Shown: positions 36,599 to 46,815, counted from the stretch's first letter. The stretch: DNA of 58,714 nucleotides from a virus (IMGVR_UViG_3300005611_000026:1-58714); one strand, 5' to 3'. Numbers and translations: made by a program. The notes: generated by a model not told the origin, from the sequence alone.

Positions 36599-39500
36599 CT
36601 TTACACCCGATCTCTACATTGACGACATTGTTTTATGGCTCGATGCGGCTGATATCAATGGCAACGATGGAAATTCTCAACCTGCAGAGTTTCAACCGAT
36701 CTATAAATGGTTCGATAAATCGAAAAATAAACAGATATTTACGGCAGGGAATCCACCGCAAAAGCGAAATGGCGTGAACTTCAGCGGATCACTTGGCGGC
36801 GATCTTCTTACTGGTCAAGTCTCACTACCTGTCAGTTGGCACATGCTGGTTGTCGCAGAGATTGAGGTGGGATCGGGCTTAAATTGCGTGCTATCTGGAG
36901 AGACTTCCCTAGGGGATGAGATTGCATTTATTTTTGAAAACACGACGACTCGGACTGATTTCCATTATCGAAACGTCCTGCAAAACCGAGTCATTGTTGC
37001 AGGACCCTCATCCCCTATCGAGACTATCGGATTGCATGAGGTTTACTTTGATAATGCGGCGGCGAACATTGCTGATCGAGTGCCTTATGTCTACACCAAC
37101 GCAGCGGATGCTACTCCTACAAAGAGCGCCGACAGTTTTTTGACGGATATCAGCTCGAACAATCCTTACACCATCAATCTCGGGAAAAACGTATTTAATG
37201 GTGACAATTCGAGCTGTGAGATTTATGAAATCATCATTATTGATGGTTTGGCTCTCAGGGAAAACAAAGTCGATTTATGGGCTATTCAGGGGTATTTGCA
37301 AAACAAATGGAAGATGGACGGTGCATTTTTAAGGCCGCCAAAATCAGTTGGATTCGGCAGTAATCTATTGGCGCACCCCTTCAGGGATGAACCACCACTA
37401 ACCAATCAGGCTGTGAATGTTGACCGCACCTCAAATCCAGCCATTCAATATACCCGAAACATCTTCAACGATCTGCATAAGATCGGGAATATCGAGCCTG
37501 TCCAGTTCGTCCGGCTTTACATGGACACTTGCGACAATGTATTTGCTTCTACCGCCAATGGCTCAACCTGTCAGGCCGATCCAACGGTGGAGCCATGTTT
37601 TAATGCTCGCGCTGGCTGCATCGATCCTGATAACTATCGACGCAATGAGAACGGTCTTAGATCGCTGAATTTCTCTAGGGAGGTAGGGGTTCAACCGATA
37701 GATCGCGCTGGGTTTATTCCTGCATTGATCAGTGTGACCGGCGCTCCAGTTGAGATCGATGACAAAAAAGGCGTGGCCATAAAAGCCAATATCAGTATCA
37801 AGATTCGAGACTTTGCCACGACCGGCGCGGAGTTTGATCGCTACGCTAATGAGCGGGATATTATCGCCGTTGAGAACGGGACATTCTGGAAGGCTTGGCT
37901 GGCTCAAAACCCCTATTATGTGGGGAGGCCGATAGAGGTCTTTGATGGATATCAGACACAAGAAGGCCAAACTGCTTATCAATCTGGCCGCAAGCGGTAC
38001 ATCGTCGATTCCATGAGCCTCAGTAATGATGTGCTTGAGATCAAATGCAAAGATCCGTTTTTGCTGGTCGACATGACCAAAGACAAGGTGCCATCCCCTT
38101 CCGAGTTTTCGCTTGGCGCTGATGTTAATGTAACCACCGCTGTTACCTCGGTTGCTTTGCAAAGGAATGGGCTGGCGACTTCCGCCGGTGAGGTTGATGC
38201 GTATTTTGGGCTTTCAGGAACCGTCCGAATCAATGACGAGATCATCAATTACACCCGCCTTGTCTCGGAGGCCACCATTGATCTTGATACTCGAGGAATC
38301 TGGTTAACTGAAGCGGATACCCATGATCAAGATGATATCGTTCAAAAATGCATCGTCTATGGCAATGAGCCGGAGAACTCAACCCCTGATGTTGGGGAGA
38401 CTATCGACGATGCGGTTTACAAAACTCTAGTTACAGAAGCGGGATTTCCAGCGGCGGCGATCAATAAAACGACCGGCGGACAATACTCATGGGAAGATGA
38501 AAAATCAGTCTGGTTATCGGCTTTTAGAATCCGAACCTGCTTGTCAGAGCCGGAGGAAGTTCTCAAAGTTGTTTCCAATCTGGCTGCACCGCTTGGCGTC
38601 AATTTTTTCTATGACGATGAATCCGGTCTAATCGCCATGCGGGCTCAGGTGCCAGAGCTGGACATTTCAAGCCTGTTGACCATTACCGACGATATTATTG
38701 TTGAGGATTCATTCAAACGCTTAAATGGCGACAAGGAGCGGCTTTCGCGCGTTTATTATTACTACAATCCTCGAAGCTATACCGAGGATCTAACCGAAAC
38801 CAAATACTACAAAAATCTCTACCAGAACTTAGCTATCACTGAGGAAGGCGATGATTTTTATGGTCAGGTCTCTCAGCGAACCATTACTGCCATGGGGATT
38901 AGGGACGGATCCGTGGCGACTTCTATTTCTCAAAGGCTAATCAATCGATTCAAATTAACCCCGATTGTCTGCCAGTTTAATATCCCTGTTTCGGTGGATA
39001 ACCTCAGGACAGGCGATGCCTTTTTCCTACTAACCAAATCAGTTATCGGCGCAAATCGACTGCCGGCACTGGTTGAGATGCGGGTTGTTAGCCGGAAATT
39101 CGACGACAAAAAACAACAATGGATCATTAAAGCCAAGCAGTTTAGGTTTGGATCGGCTAATACTGGACAGATAACAGCTAATGCGGTTGCTGCTTATTCG
39201 ACTGGCGGCGGATCTGGTACAGAAAATGATCCATATACAGGGGTGCGATTGACTGAATCTTATATCTCATGCGATAGCCCTGTAAGCCCGACCTCGAGAC
39301 CCTATATCACCGCAACGATTGTCAGCGGCGGATCTGGCTGGACTAATGGCGTCACATCCTTATCAGGCGATACAGAGATATTAGCGGCGCAAGGCGCTGG
39401 ATTGACTCTCGATGCGACTGCCAGCGGCGGAGTAGTAACCAGCGTTGCTGTCACATCAAATCCGGCAGCTGGCTCTACCGTGGCTGATGGCGGGGCTCAG

Positions 39501-39620
39501 AACTACTTCGATGGCCAGATAGTGAACTGCAATGACGGTGGATTGGGAGTCGATTTACAGGTACGATTGAACCTAAGAGCTAAAATGTCGGGCGGACAGG
39601 AGCCCTACTTAATCGCATGA
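36591..39620 (+). CDS. Tail hub/tip protein with N-terminal LamG-like domain
   Basis: LWLDAAD, WFDKS.N, IYEIII, QGYLQNKW, then Cys cluster, GTFWK, INDEII. Confidence 0.75.
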   Translation: MPNFTPDLYIDDIVLWLDAADINGNDGNSQPAEFQPIYKWFDKSKNKQIFTAGNPPQKRNGVNFSGSLGGDLLTGQVSLPVSWHMLVVAEIEVGSGLNCVLSGETSLGDEIAFIFENTTTRTDFHYRNVLQNRVIVAGPSSPIETIGLHEVYFDNAAANIADRVPYVYTNAADATPTKSADSFLTDISSNNPYTINLGKNVFNGDNSSCEIYEIIIIDGLALRENKVDLWAIQGYLQNKWKMDGAFLRPPKSVGFGSNLLAHPFRDEPPLTNQAVNVDRTSNPAIQYTRNIFNDLHKIGNIEPVQFVRLYMDTCDNVFASTANGSTCQADPTVEPCFNARAGCIDPDNYRRNENGLRSLNFSREVGVQPIDRAGFIPALISVTGAPVEIDDKKGVAIKANISIKIRDFATTGAEFDRYANERDIIAVENGTFWKAWLAQNPYYVGRPIEVFDGYQTQEGQTAYQSGRKRYIVDSMSLSNDVLEIKCKDPFLLVDMTKDKVPSPSEFSLGADVNVTTAVTSVALQRNGLATSAGEVDAYFGLSGTVRINDEIINYTRLVSEATIDLDTRGIWLTEADTHDQDDIVQKCIVYGNEPENSTPDVGETIDDAVYKTLVTEAGFPAAAINKTTGGQYSWEDEKSVWLSAFRIRTCLSEPEEVLKVVSNLAAPLGVNFFYDDESGLIAMRAQVPELDISSLLTITDDIIVEDSFKRLNGDKERLSRVYYYYNPRSYTEDLTETKYYKNLYQNLAITEEGDDFYGQVSQRTITAMGIRDGSVATSISQRLINRFKLTPIVCQFNIPVSVDNLRTGDAFFLLTKSVIGANRLPALVEMRVVSRKFDDKKQQWIIKAKQFRFGSANTGQITANAVAAYSTGGGSGTENDPYTGVRLTESYISCDSPVSPTSRPYITATIVSGGSGWTNGVTSLSGDTEILAAQGAGLTLDATASGGVVTSVAVTSNPAAGSTVADGGAQNYFDGQIVNCNDGGLGVDLQVRLNLRAKMSGGQEPYLIA

Positions 39621-40165
39621 CCACTTACCGCGAGATATCGAATACCGAAGTTGCTGTCGATGCGCCGGTTGCACAGCAGCTTGCACAGGCTTGGACGGAC
39701 AACCTCAAGGCTGTAGCTCAAGGGGATGCGACAGCGGCGGGTGTTAGGATTAAAAAATTAGCGATCGCAGCCGATGATGTGTCAGCTGGTCTTAACCGAG
39801 CGGCTGAGAGGTCAGCCAGTGCATCAACCTCCGGCACAACATGGGTAGTCGCCATGACCCATGGTGCTGTAATCGGCGGCACTTACAATTTTAAGGTCGA
39901 TATCACAGAATCAAATAGCACAGCCGATAACGGTTTAGCCGCTTTATTTCTTGATGGTGTTCAAGTTGGAAGTGTAACCAATGCAGAAAATACAACGGCT
40001 AATGGCGCTGTCCAGCAAGTCACTGTCACAAAAACCTCTTTAGTTGAGACTCGAATTAGAATGGAGAGTGGTGGAAGTCGAACGATGACGGTTAGGACTC
40101 GTTTCGGTGTTTCAGACGTAGACTGCCAAGCTAGAGGCATATTCTTCCCAATAGTGGGTTTATAG
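39617..40165 (+). CDS. Minor tail/receptor-binding protein
   Basis: DNLKAVAQG N-terminus; homolog of 9584-10129. Confidence 0.6.
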   Translation: MTTYREISNTEVAVDAPVAQQLAQAWTDNLKAVAQGDATAAGVRIKKLAIAADDVSAGLNRAAERSASASTSGTTWVVAMTHGAVIGGTYNFKVDITESNSTADNGLAALFLDGVQVGSVTNAENTTANGAVQQVTVTKTSLVETRIRMESGGSRTMTVRTRFGVSDVDCQARGIFFPIVGL

Positions 40166-40172
40166 GTGATTT

Positions 40173-40448
40173 ATGAAAACATTTACAGCAGGGGCTTCCC
40201 TCCAGCCAGATTTCGCTAATTCAGGCGGTGCTGGTGTTATCCAAGTCAAGCATGACGGTGCGAACAATATATTCCTTCATGGATCTGTTAACGGCACTAA
40301 CTTTGCTTTCATCAAAGAATACACCGCCGATACCATCGAGGAAGTGATACTGGCGCCGTTCTTGAGAATTTCTGGCTCGCAGACCAACTCAGAAAACACT
40401 AGTGTTGGCACTTCGGCGGCCTATCTCAGCGAAACCCGAGGAGGGTAA
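40173..40448 (+). CDS. Hypothetical protein
   Basis: RBS AGGTG; LHGSVNGTNF. Confidence 0.65.
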   Translation: MKTFTAGASLQPDFANSGGAGVIQVKHDGANNIFLHGSVNGTNFAFIKEYTADTIEEVILAPFLRISGSQTNSENTSVGTSAAYLSETRGG

Positions 40449-40449
40449 T

Positions 40450-40947
40450 ATGAAACTGCTATTTATCTCGCTCTTGAGCGCGTTCCTTTTTTCATGCGCG
40501 GCTTTTGATGGCGACCCCAATACAACCGTTTGGGGAACTACCGTTGGCAACGAGCAGATCGATATTGATCTTGGCGATGGAAAACTGCTAGGCAGTCGAG
40601 AGTTGTATTTGGCTGGCGTGACAGGCTTGGAGCTGGCGGTGATAAATGGCTCGCAGGCTCCACAGGCGATCAATGCGGGGCTTTTATACGCTAAGGACAA
40701 GGTAGGCGATGCCGAGGAGCTTTTGAGCACTGACGAAGCCTACCAGAAAGTGCTTAATTCATTACTGGCTTGCGATCAGCCTATCTGTCAGACCACACTT
40801 GGCTCGGAAGCTAGAGTTGCTTTCGTAGAGGAAGCGGTGCCGCAGCTGAGCGACTTGACGAAGCGTGCTCAAGGCGTCACCGCAACCACCAATGACGTGA
40901 TCGACGCCCTTCTTGTAGCTACTGAGATCAATCGTAATGTCAATTAA
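40450..40947 (+). CDS. Putative lipoprotein
   Basis: MKLLFISLLSAFLFSC signal peptide with lipobox-like Cys; RBS GGAGGG. Confidence 0.7.
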   Translation: MKLLFISLLSAFLFSCAAFDGDPNTTVWGTTVGNEQIDIDLGDGKLLGSRELYLAGVTGLELAVINGSQAPQAINAGLLYAKDKVGDAEELLSTDEAYQKVLNSLLACDQPICQTTLGSEARVAFVEEAVPQLSDLTKRAQGVTATTNDVIDALLVATEINRNVN

Positions 40948-41542
40948 TCGATCGTTAGCCGCTAAGGCGCTATTGGTTGCACAGCTGGCCTATGACAAAT
41001 CCGACCCCGCCTTCCGAACAGAGCATGACGATTTCTATGTGGAAATCGACGATGAAGAACGCATTGTTTGGATTGGCGTTGCTGGCTCTAATGACCGTTA
41101 TGACTGGTTTGATAATTTTCTGGCTAGTCGGGGTTGGTTTGATGGCATTGTCAAAGCGCATAAGCGATGGTTCAAACGCGCTAAAGGATTTAAATTCCGA
41201 TTAGATAAGATTGTCGATAAAAACGCTGGCTATCGCGTAATGCTGTCTGGTCATTCCTATGGCGGGGCGGCCGCGTCGAACTATGCGTTTCTGAGAAGGG
41301 ATCGAGTGACCGAATGTTTCACGTGGAACAGTCCGAAGCCATGGGCTGAATTTAAAGATGGTGCGATTGAATTGCAGATGCGGGAAATGTGCCACCACTT
41401 TATTAATGATGCGGATAAGATTACCCGCACACCTTTCAGAAACCGATGTTTTGGGCGGGAATATCGAAAAGACATTAATCGATTCGGGCAAGACCACACC
41501 AACTGGGAGGCTTTGCACGATATAGTCGACTGGTATTTATGA
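40937..41542 (+). CDS. Lipase class 3 family protein
   Basis: GS..DWFDN, H.R, nucleophile GHSYGG, TWNSPK, D.ITRTP, terminal DH. Confidence 0.85.
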   Translation: MSINRSLAAKALLVAQLAYDKSDPAFRTEHDDFYVEIDDEERIVWIGVAGSNDRYDWFDNFLASRGWFDGIVKAHKRWFKRAKGFKFRLDKIVDKNAGYRVMLSGHSYGGAAASNYAFLRRDRVTECFTWNSPKPWAEFKDGAIELQMREMCHHFINDADKITRTPFRNRCFGREYRKDINRFGQDHTNWEALHDIVDWYL

Positions 41543-41655
41543 TTGAATACGTGGTAAATGGCGTACTGTTGTTGGGGATAGCATACGCGCTTTGTAAGAT
41601 TTTCAGTTACTTAGTGATAGCTATCCTGATATGGATATGGAGTAGAGATAAATGA
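41539..41655 (+). CDS. 38-aa hydrophobic membrane peptide (holin-like candidate)
   Basis: MIEYVVNGVLLLGIAYALCKIFSYLVIAILIWIWSRDK*; ATGA overlaps at both ends. Confidence 0.55.
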   Translation: MIEYVVNGVLLLGIAYALCKIFSYLVIAILIWIWSRDK

Positions 41656-42056
41656 ATGAGCAGTCACCATCAAATCAAGTTAATTGGCCTATTACATGGG
41701 TAATGACAGCCGTTTTAGGCGGCACGGCGACAGGCGTTGGTGTGTTTGGCGGCGATAGCCTGAAGCAAGCGGTTGTACCTGCAGCGTTTGCACAAGAGAT
41801 CAAAGAGCTAAAGGAGGGGCTGGCCGAAGAAAAACTCGAGTTTAAGACTCACCAGCAGATGACTAACTATCGATTAAATGGGCTCGAGAAAGCCATTCCC
41901 GATATAAAGGATGCCGTTTATACAGCCAAATCGGTCGCTAATGAAACTAAGACATTGCAGGGTAGAATGGAAACCCAGCTTATGCACATGAAGGAGATCA
42001 TGCAGGGGCAAAATCAAGCCCTCGCGGAAATCGTGGCAAACTCTCGCACACCATAA
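41652..42056 (+). CDS. Membrane-anchored coiled-coil protein
   Basis: N-terminal hydrophobic segment then heptad-like helix. Confidence 0.6.
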   Translation: MNEQSPSNQVNWPITWVMTAVLGGTATGVGVFGGDSLKQAVVPAAFAQEIKELKEGLAEEKLEFKTHQQMTNYRLNGLEKAIPDIKDAVYTAKSVANETKTLQGRMETQLMHMKEIMQGQNQALAEIVANSRTP

Positions 42057-42064
42057 GGTTTATT

Positions 42065-42544
42065 ATGAAATTATTGGTTATTTTATTATCCCTGATCCCT
42101 GCTTTTGTTAGCGGCCAATGTAGGGAGATTGCCAATGTATCTATTGGTATACCAACTGAAAGAACCGATGGCAGCCCTCTACCCTACGATGAAATTGCAG
42201 CTACAGGCATTGTGCGGGATATCGATGGCCGGTTATCGGAAACTAGTCTGCAATACGGGATAACCTCTTACAACGAGCAAAACCCGAGACCCAATTGCGA
42301 GGCGGGGGAAGTAATTTACTCTGTTTATGTAGTTGATGTTTTTGGGAATCTTTCAGGCGTTTCAATCCCATGGGTAGCGACATTCGAAGGTGGGAAAGTT
42401 CAAGTAGAGCCCGCCCCCATGGAAGTCAATGTTGGCGGGGATATCTCAGTAGTACCTGACCTTCCTTTGCCTTTTTGCCCATCTTCACCACCTTATGATT
42501 TCAGCTGTCAATTTCAGTCTGGAGAAACCGCAGAGGTTAATTAA
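42065..42544 (+). CDS. Secreted FN3-like protein
   Basis: Signal peptide MKLLVILLSLIPAFVSG; PTERTDGSPL..EIA, VVD.FG..S. Confidence 0.55.
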   Translation: MKLLVILLSLIPAFVSGQCREIANVSIGIPTERTDGSPLPYDEIAATGIVRDIDGRLSETSLQYGITSYNEQNPRPNCEAGEVIYSVYVVDVFGNLSGVSIPWVATFEGGKVQVEPAPMEVNVGGDISVVPDLPLPFCPSSPPYDFSCQFQSGETAEVN

Positions 42545-43515
42545 TGGCCAAGTTCGCCATTTATTTTAAGTTCGACTTCATCAATCGACCCAATCACTTG
42601 GGCGGCGGTGATTGGCCGAATACCGCAGACATGCAAACCTATTTTGGGCAAGCATTAACTCTGGTAGCGGCCTATGGATTTGATGCGGTAATCACAAGGC
42701 CGGAAGAAAAAAATCAATGGTCAAATGTGACTTTCAGGCGCTGGTTTATGGATCAGTGTCAGACGCTAGGGCTTGAGGTTTGGTATAGGGCGAAGGCACC
42801 CTCAGATGCCAGCAGGGACGGAGTAGCAGTACAGGCATATATCGACAATATCTATACTCATCCGGCCTGCACCCGAGTAATGTATGGCGATGAAACGAAG
42901 GGATTAGATGCCGCACCTGAAAAAGATATTCTCAGTATTCGCACAGAGTTAGCTGTTGTTAAAGCTGCATTCCCATCTATGCCAGTTTCATCGAATTTGA
43001 TTGGTGAAACAATGGCCAGAACCGAGATTACTGTTAATCCATTTGACGGTAATTTCGACTATGAGGTTGATTTTGATATCAATGGTGTTTTGTGGGGATT
43101 AATGGGCGCTGATTTTAAAGTGGCTCGTCATTACTCAGTTCGTCGAACTTATAACCACAATACCAACCCCTATTACGACAAGTATATTATCAAGCTAGAG
43201 GATTGGCTGGACGAGTTAAATTGGAGGGATTCGAACGGAGTTCCAGTAATACAAGGATTTGGCAGCGGCACAGCTGTAGATAATGCCTCGTTTTGGCGAT
43301 TTCCTACCTATACTGAGCTTTATGACATGCTGAATTTAGCAAGGCAGCGATTTAATTGGGTAGCGATTTTTTCAGTTGGCCAGATTGATAATGATACACG
43401 CACTGCTAATCCTGCGTTTCAAATTATGAACGAGGATTTCAGTGAGCCATTGGCGCATGATGGCTCTCGTCCTGCGGATGCTGTGCGCGACATTATTTCA
43501 GCATTTGGCACTTAA
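42544..43515 (+). CDS. Hypothetical, possible glycoside hydrolase TIM-barrel
   Basis: GFDAV, CQTLGLEV, HPA..VMYGDE, VPVIQGF, WRFPT..EL. Confidence 0.4.
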   Translation: MAKFAIYFKFDFINRPNHLGGGDWPNTADMQTYFGQALTLVAAYGFDAVITRPEEKNQWSNVTFRRWFMDQCQTLGLEVWYRAKAPSDASRDGVAVQAYIDNIYTHPACTRVMYGDETKGLDAAPEKDILSIRTELAVVKAAFPSMPVSSNLIGETMARTEITVNPFDGNFDYEVDFDINGVLWGLMGADFKVARHYSVRRTYNHNTNPYYDKYIIKLEDWLDELNWRDSNGVPVIQGFGSGTAVDNASFWRFPTYTELYDMLNLARQRFNWVAIFSVGQIDNDTRTANPAFQIMNEDFSEPLAHDGSRPADAVRDIISAFGT

Positions 43516-43517
43516 AA

Positions 43518-43817
43518 ATGTCTCTGCCTACCGTTTCAAAAGCGCAAATTGATCCCTCCGGTCGAACCCTTACAATTATCCTGAGTGAGCCAGTGCTCAT
43601 CTATGACTCTGAGGGCTTTCTTGTGAAGGGGGTTAATTTGACATATTATGGCGTAACATCATCCAATCAGATTCTTAGATATAGAATGTCAAGGCGAGTT
43701 TCTTCTGGCGAATCACTCACATTGAGTTACACCAAAAAGGGCGCGGGAATGGTAAATGGCATCAATAACCCACTTCAGTCCATTGATCAGCTAGTGATAG
43801 AAAACCAAGTCGTGTGA
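43518..43817 (+). CDS. SwmB-repeat/Ig-like domain protein
   Basis: PTVSKA...GRTLTI..SEPV...V.SGESLTLSYT...N.LQS....IEN. Confidence 0.55.
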   Translation: MSLPTVSKAQIDPSGRTLTIILSEPVLIYDSEGFLVKGVNLTYYGVTSSNQILRYRMSRRVSSGESLTLSYTKKGAGMVNGINNPLQSIDQLVIENQVV

Positions 43818-43828
43818 GGCAATAAATC

Positions 43829-44743
43829 ATGGTTGCAATCGTTAATACAGATTCGTTTCAAGAAAATCCGTCTGTAAGTGTTAGTCCCACAATATCTAGC
43901 TTTACCCCTGCTGCGGGTGCGAAGCAGATATTAGTTATTATTGGCATAGACGGGTCACCTGATACCCAAGTAACTTCTTGCACTATCGGCGGCGTTTCAA
44001 TGGACGTTGTCGGAACTTCGGTAAGCACTGAAGGCCGATCATTCTCTGCGTTTATCATAGAAGCAGAGGGTAATAGCGGTGATATAGTCTCTGGCGTTTC
44101 AACTTCAGTTGGGTATTTTATTGCGGCGGCGGCGATAAATGGCTATTTAACCGGCTCGAATATATGGGGAAACAATAGTAATCCGGCTTTGAACGCTATT
44201 GACTGTCCTGATAACTCTACTTCAAACATATTAATCTCAGCCCTCATTATCAATCTTGCTGACTCAGCTGTAACGACTGATGCAGCTCTAACAGTGCAAG
44301 AACAAACCACCGATGCAGTTCAAGCTGGGAATTTCTATGGCGAATTATCGTCTCGGAATAGCACCGGCTCGCTAGACAACATGAATTATTGGACCCATTC
44401 AAATCAGCAGTGGACTGTAGGCGGATTTCTTTTTTCGGACATGCCTAGCGCGCAAGAATTGGCCACTGAATCCGATTACACGATAGCTCAAAATTCAGCC
44501 ACATTTAGTCTGGCGAATGGTAGTTATACAATGTTTGCATTCGATAATAGAAATTCTGGCCGCGACCCTGACGCAAATTACATGGTGGGAACGGCTACTA
44601 TTGCATCCGGTGCGATTACAGCGTTTACCGCTACTCGCTATGGATCTTCATCTGCGCTATCTAAAATGGCTGTCACGCTAACGGATAGGACGTCAGATAC
44701 CAACGGCCAAGCGGCGACTATCCCTAACGTCTCATTTACTTAA
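43829..44743 (+). CDS. Ser/Thr-rich beta-sheet protein, probably virion or surface associated
   Basis: Composition; VTSCTIGGVSM. Confidence 0.5.
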   Translation: MVAIVNTDSFQENPSVSVSPTISSFTPAAGAKQILVIIGIDGSPDTQVTSCTIGGVSMDVVGTSVSTEGRSFSAFIIEAEGNSGDIVSGVSTSVGYFIAAAAINGYLTGSNIWGNNSNPALNAIDCPDNSTSNILISALIINLADSAVTTDAALTVQEQTTDAVQAGNFYGELSSRNSTGSLDNMNYWTHSNQQWTVGGFLFSDMPSAQELATESDYTIAQNSATFSLANGSYTMFAFDNRNSGRDPDANYMVGTATIASGAITAFTATRYGSSSALSKMAVTLTDRTSDTNGQAATIPNVSFT

Positions 44744-44756
44744 TAGGGGTGTTTGA

Positions 44757-45062
44757 ATGAGCACACTTCAGGCTTGGAACGGCAATGTTTACTTGTGGAT
44801 TCAGTCCACATTTACCGTAGCAGCCTCCGGCGCAAATTATACGAGCGTGTCAGCTGCATTAGCGAGCGCAGCAACCAGCATTGGTGATACATTGCAGATT
44901 TCAGCTGGAACATACGGTGATTATGTATACAGCTCAGCGGTGACAACAACGATCATTGATGACGGATCAGGCGGCAAGGCTATAGCTTATAGTGCTGGCG
45001 GCGGTGGAGGGTTTGCAACCTCGGGCATGACTAGGAATATGATCCGGAGTTTAATTGCCTGA
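44757..45062 (+). CDS. Hypothetical protein
   Basis: TVAASGANYTSVSAAL...GDTLQISAGTY resembles a beta-helix N-cap. Confidence 0.55.
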   Translation: MSTLQAWNGNVYLWIQSTFTVAASGANYTSVSAALASAATSIGDTLQISAGTYGDYVYSSAVTTTIIDDGSGGKAIAYSAGGGGGFATSGMTRNMIRSLIA

Positions 45063-45478
45063 TGAAGCTCCGTCGACTAACTAAGACTTTAATTCGACAC
45101 GAGGGAATGAGAGGGAAGCCCTACGATTGCCCTGCTGGGTTTTTAACAATAGGTGTAGGCCGAAACCTTGAAGCCAATGGTATTAGCGAGGAGGAGGCGC
45201 TAGTGCTGCTTAGAAACGACATTGTTTCTTGCTATCAGCAGTGCAAACGGGAGTTTTCTTGGTTCGAGGATTTAAATGATGTTCGACAGGAGGCGATTAT
45301 TAACCTCGTCTTTAATATCGGGCTGGATGGATTCAAGAAGTTCAAGAAAACGATCGGTTTTATCAAGCAAGAAAAATGGAGCGAAGCGGCCACCGAATTA
45401 TTGGATAGCCGCTACGCTGATCAAGTAGGAAAACGAGCTCAAGAAGTCTCTAGGATGCTTGAGACTGGAGTTCTCTGA
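45062..45478 (+). CDS. Phage lysozyme (GH24, T4-like)
   Basis: HEG.R.KPYDCPAG.LTIGVGRNL, RQEAIINLVFNIG, LDSRYADQVG.RA. Confidence 0.92.
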   Translation: MKLRRLTKTLIRHEGMRGKPYDCPAGFLTIGVGRNLEANGISEEEALVLLRNDIVSCYQQCKREFSWFEDLNDVRQEAIINLVFNIGLDGFKKFKKTIGFIKQEKWSEAATELLDSRYADQVGKRAQEVSRMLETGVL

Positions 45479-46574
45479 TTACTTCAGGCTCTAAATTAAA
45501 TTCTTTACAATCCAATAGCATACAAGCCCAATCATCCGGAGTAAGCTCGTCGACTATTTCATCAATACCCGCCTCGTCAACAGAATCAAAAGCCGCTTTT
45601 AAATCCGCCAAGTAAGTGTGAATGATGTTTTTTCCGTTCTCTTTTAGCTTATTGACCAGATCGCCCATTTTCCCCTTCTGACCTTTTGGAAACGAGTGCA
45701 TGAGAGAGATCCATTCTCCGGCGCCGTGGCCGCTACCATCCCCTAAGTCAAACGACTTTGAGAATAGATACATGCCGACCGAGTCATTTTTCTCAATCAA
45801 TTGATCGAAGAATTGTTTTTGCTCGACGCTGTAGCTTTGCGGCGTTGGATTATTGATTAGGGGCTCAAAGCCAGTGTTTTCATTCGAGAGCTGTACAGCC
45901 AGATCCATTCTTGAGTTTCCTTTAGGCCATGTTTTAAAGGCGCGGCGAATCACTGTCTTTTTGGCCATTTCCACATAGTCGCTATCCCATGGGGAGCCAA
46001 AGCCAGCTTTTACCGCTTCCGACCGGCTTTTGATATCTTCTATTTCTTCCTTGGTCATTACATCAGTCAAGAAATCCCCGCCCTTGGTTCGGGCTACACA
46101 GAACACCCCGACCATTTCCCCGCGATCTTTGCCGAATGCATCGTATTTATGCGTAGGGGAGAAGCCCGCCCCATTATCGATAAACTCATCTTTCTCATAA
46201 ACAGCATTCGCTTGCACCCATTGAATGACCCCGCCGCTAGTAGCCAGCTTGATCATTCCAACATAAGAGGGCTCAAGGTAAATCTTAGTTTTCCAGAGTG
46301 TCGCGCCGTTTTGCTTAACCTGCACCTTTCTAGGGATTAAATAAGCCAATCTCTCAGCGGGGCTCAGGCTTAATCCAATAGCCGCCACGTTGACCAGAGC
46401 GACCTTGAGCGATGCAGGGCTTTCTTCGGCTGCCTGCTTGAGATAGGAACTGCCGGCCAGTATTTGCTTTGCAAACTCCGCTTCGGCAGCGAATTGCATA
46501 CCGATTGGAGCCAGTTCCACAAATTGCGGGCGGGCGATTTCAAAGGGGTTTTTAACAATTTCCGTTTCTGGCAT
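45450..46574 (-). CDS. recT: RecT-family recombinase
   Basis: GLSLSPA..LAYLIPR, SY.GMI.LA, SPW..DY.EMAKKTVIRRAFK.WP. Confidence 0.92.
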   Translation of the reverse strand: MPETEIVKNPFEIARPQFVELAPIGMQFAAEAEFAKQILAGSSYLKQAAEESPASLKVALVNVAAIGLSLSPAERLAYLIPRKVQVKQNGATLWKTKIYLEPSYVGMIKLATSGGVIQWVQANAVYEKDEFIDNGAGFSPTHKYDAFGKDRGEMVGVFCVARTKGGDFLTDVMTKEEIEDIKSRSEAVKAGFGSPWDSDYVEMAKKTVIRRAFKTWPKGNSRMDLAVQLSNENTGFEPLINNPTPQSYSVEQKQFFDQLIEKNDSVGMYLFSKSFDLGDGSGHGAGEWISLMHSFPKGQKGKMGDLVNKLKENGKNIIHTYLADLKAAFDSVDEAGIDEIVDELTPDDWACMLLDCKEFNLEPEVIRELQSQAS

Positions 46575-46746
46575 GATTACCTCCTAGTTTTCTTTCGTGG
46601 ATTTCCTGCCTGTCGATAGTAATGTCTCTAGGCGCTTCAATAGCGAGTCGTGCGCTGCCGTTATCAATACCAATCACTGTAACTTTGATCTTGGCATCAT
46701 CAATGACGACTGTTTCTCCGACTCTTCGGTTTAGGACTAATGGCAT
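46552..46746 (-). CDS. csrA: CsrA/RsmA-family RNA-binding regulator
   Basis: LVLNRRVGETVVID..IKVTV...RLAIEAPRDITIDRQEI; RBS GGAGGT. Confidence 0.92.
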   Translation of the reverse strand: MPLVLNRRVGETVVIDDAKIKVTVIGIDNGSARLAIEAPRDITIDRQEIHERKLGGNHARNGNC

Positions 46747-46786
46747 GGTTAACCTCCATGGGTTGATTAAGTGTCCGTAAAACCTT

Positions 46787-46815
46787 ATTATATGAATATC
46801 GATGATTATTGTCAA
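46787..46815 (-). promoter_or_regulatory. Perfect sigma70 promoter (TTGACA-17-TATAAT) for csrA-recT
   Basis: Reverse complement of TGTCAA 46810-46815 and ATTATA 46787-46792. Confidence 0.92.

Noticed and set aside
1881-44058. Numerous short antisense or alternate-frame ORFs in the track (for example 33506-34168, 37563-38162, 30840-31358)
   Set aside because: They overlap well-supported genes and have no RBS or recognisable motifs; treated as shadow ORFs.
45450-45478. 29-bp convergent overlap of lysozyme and recT
   Set aside because: Ordinary compaction at convergent gene ends.
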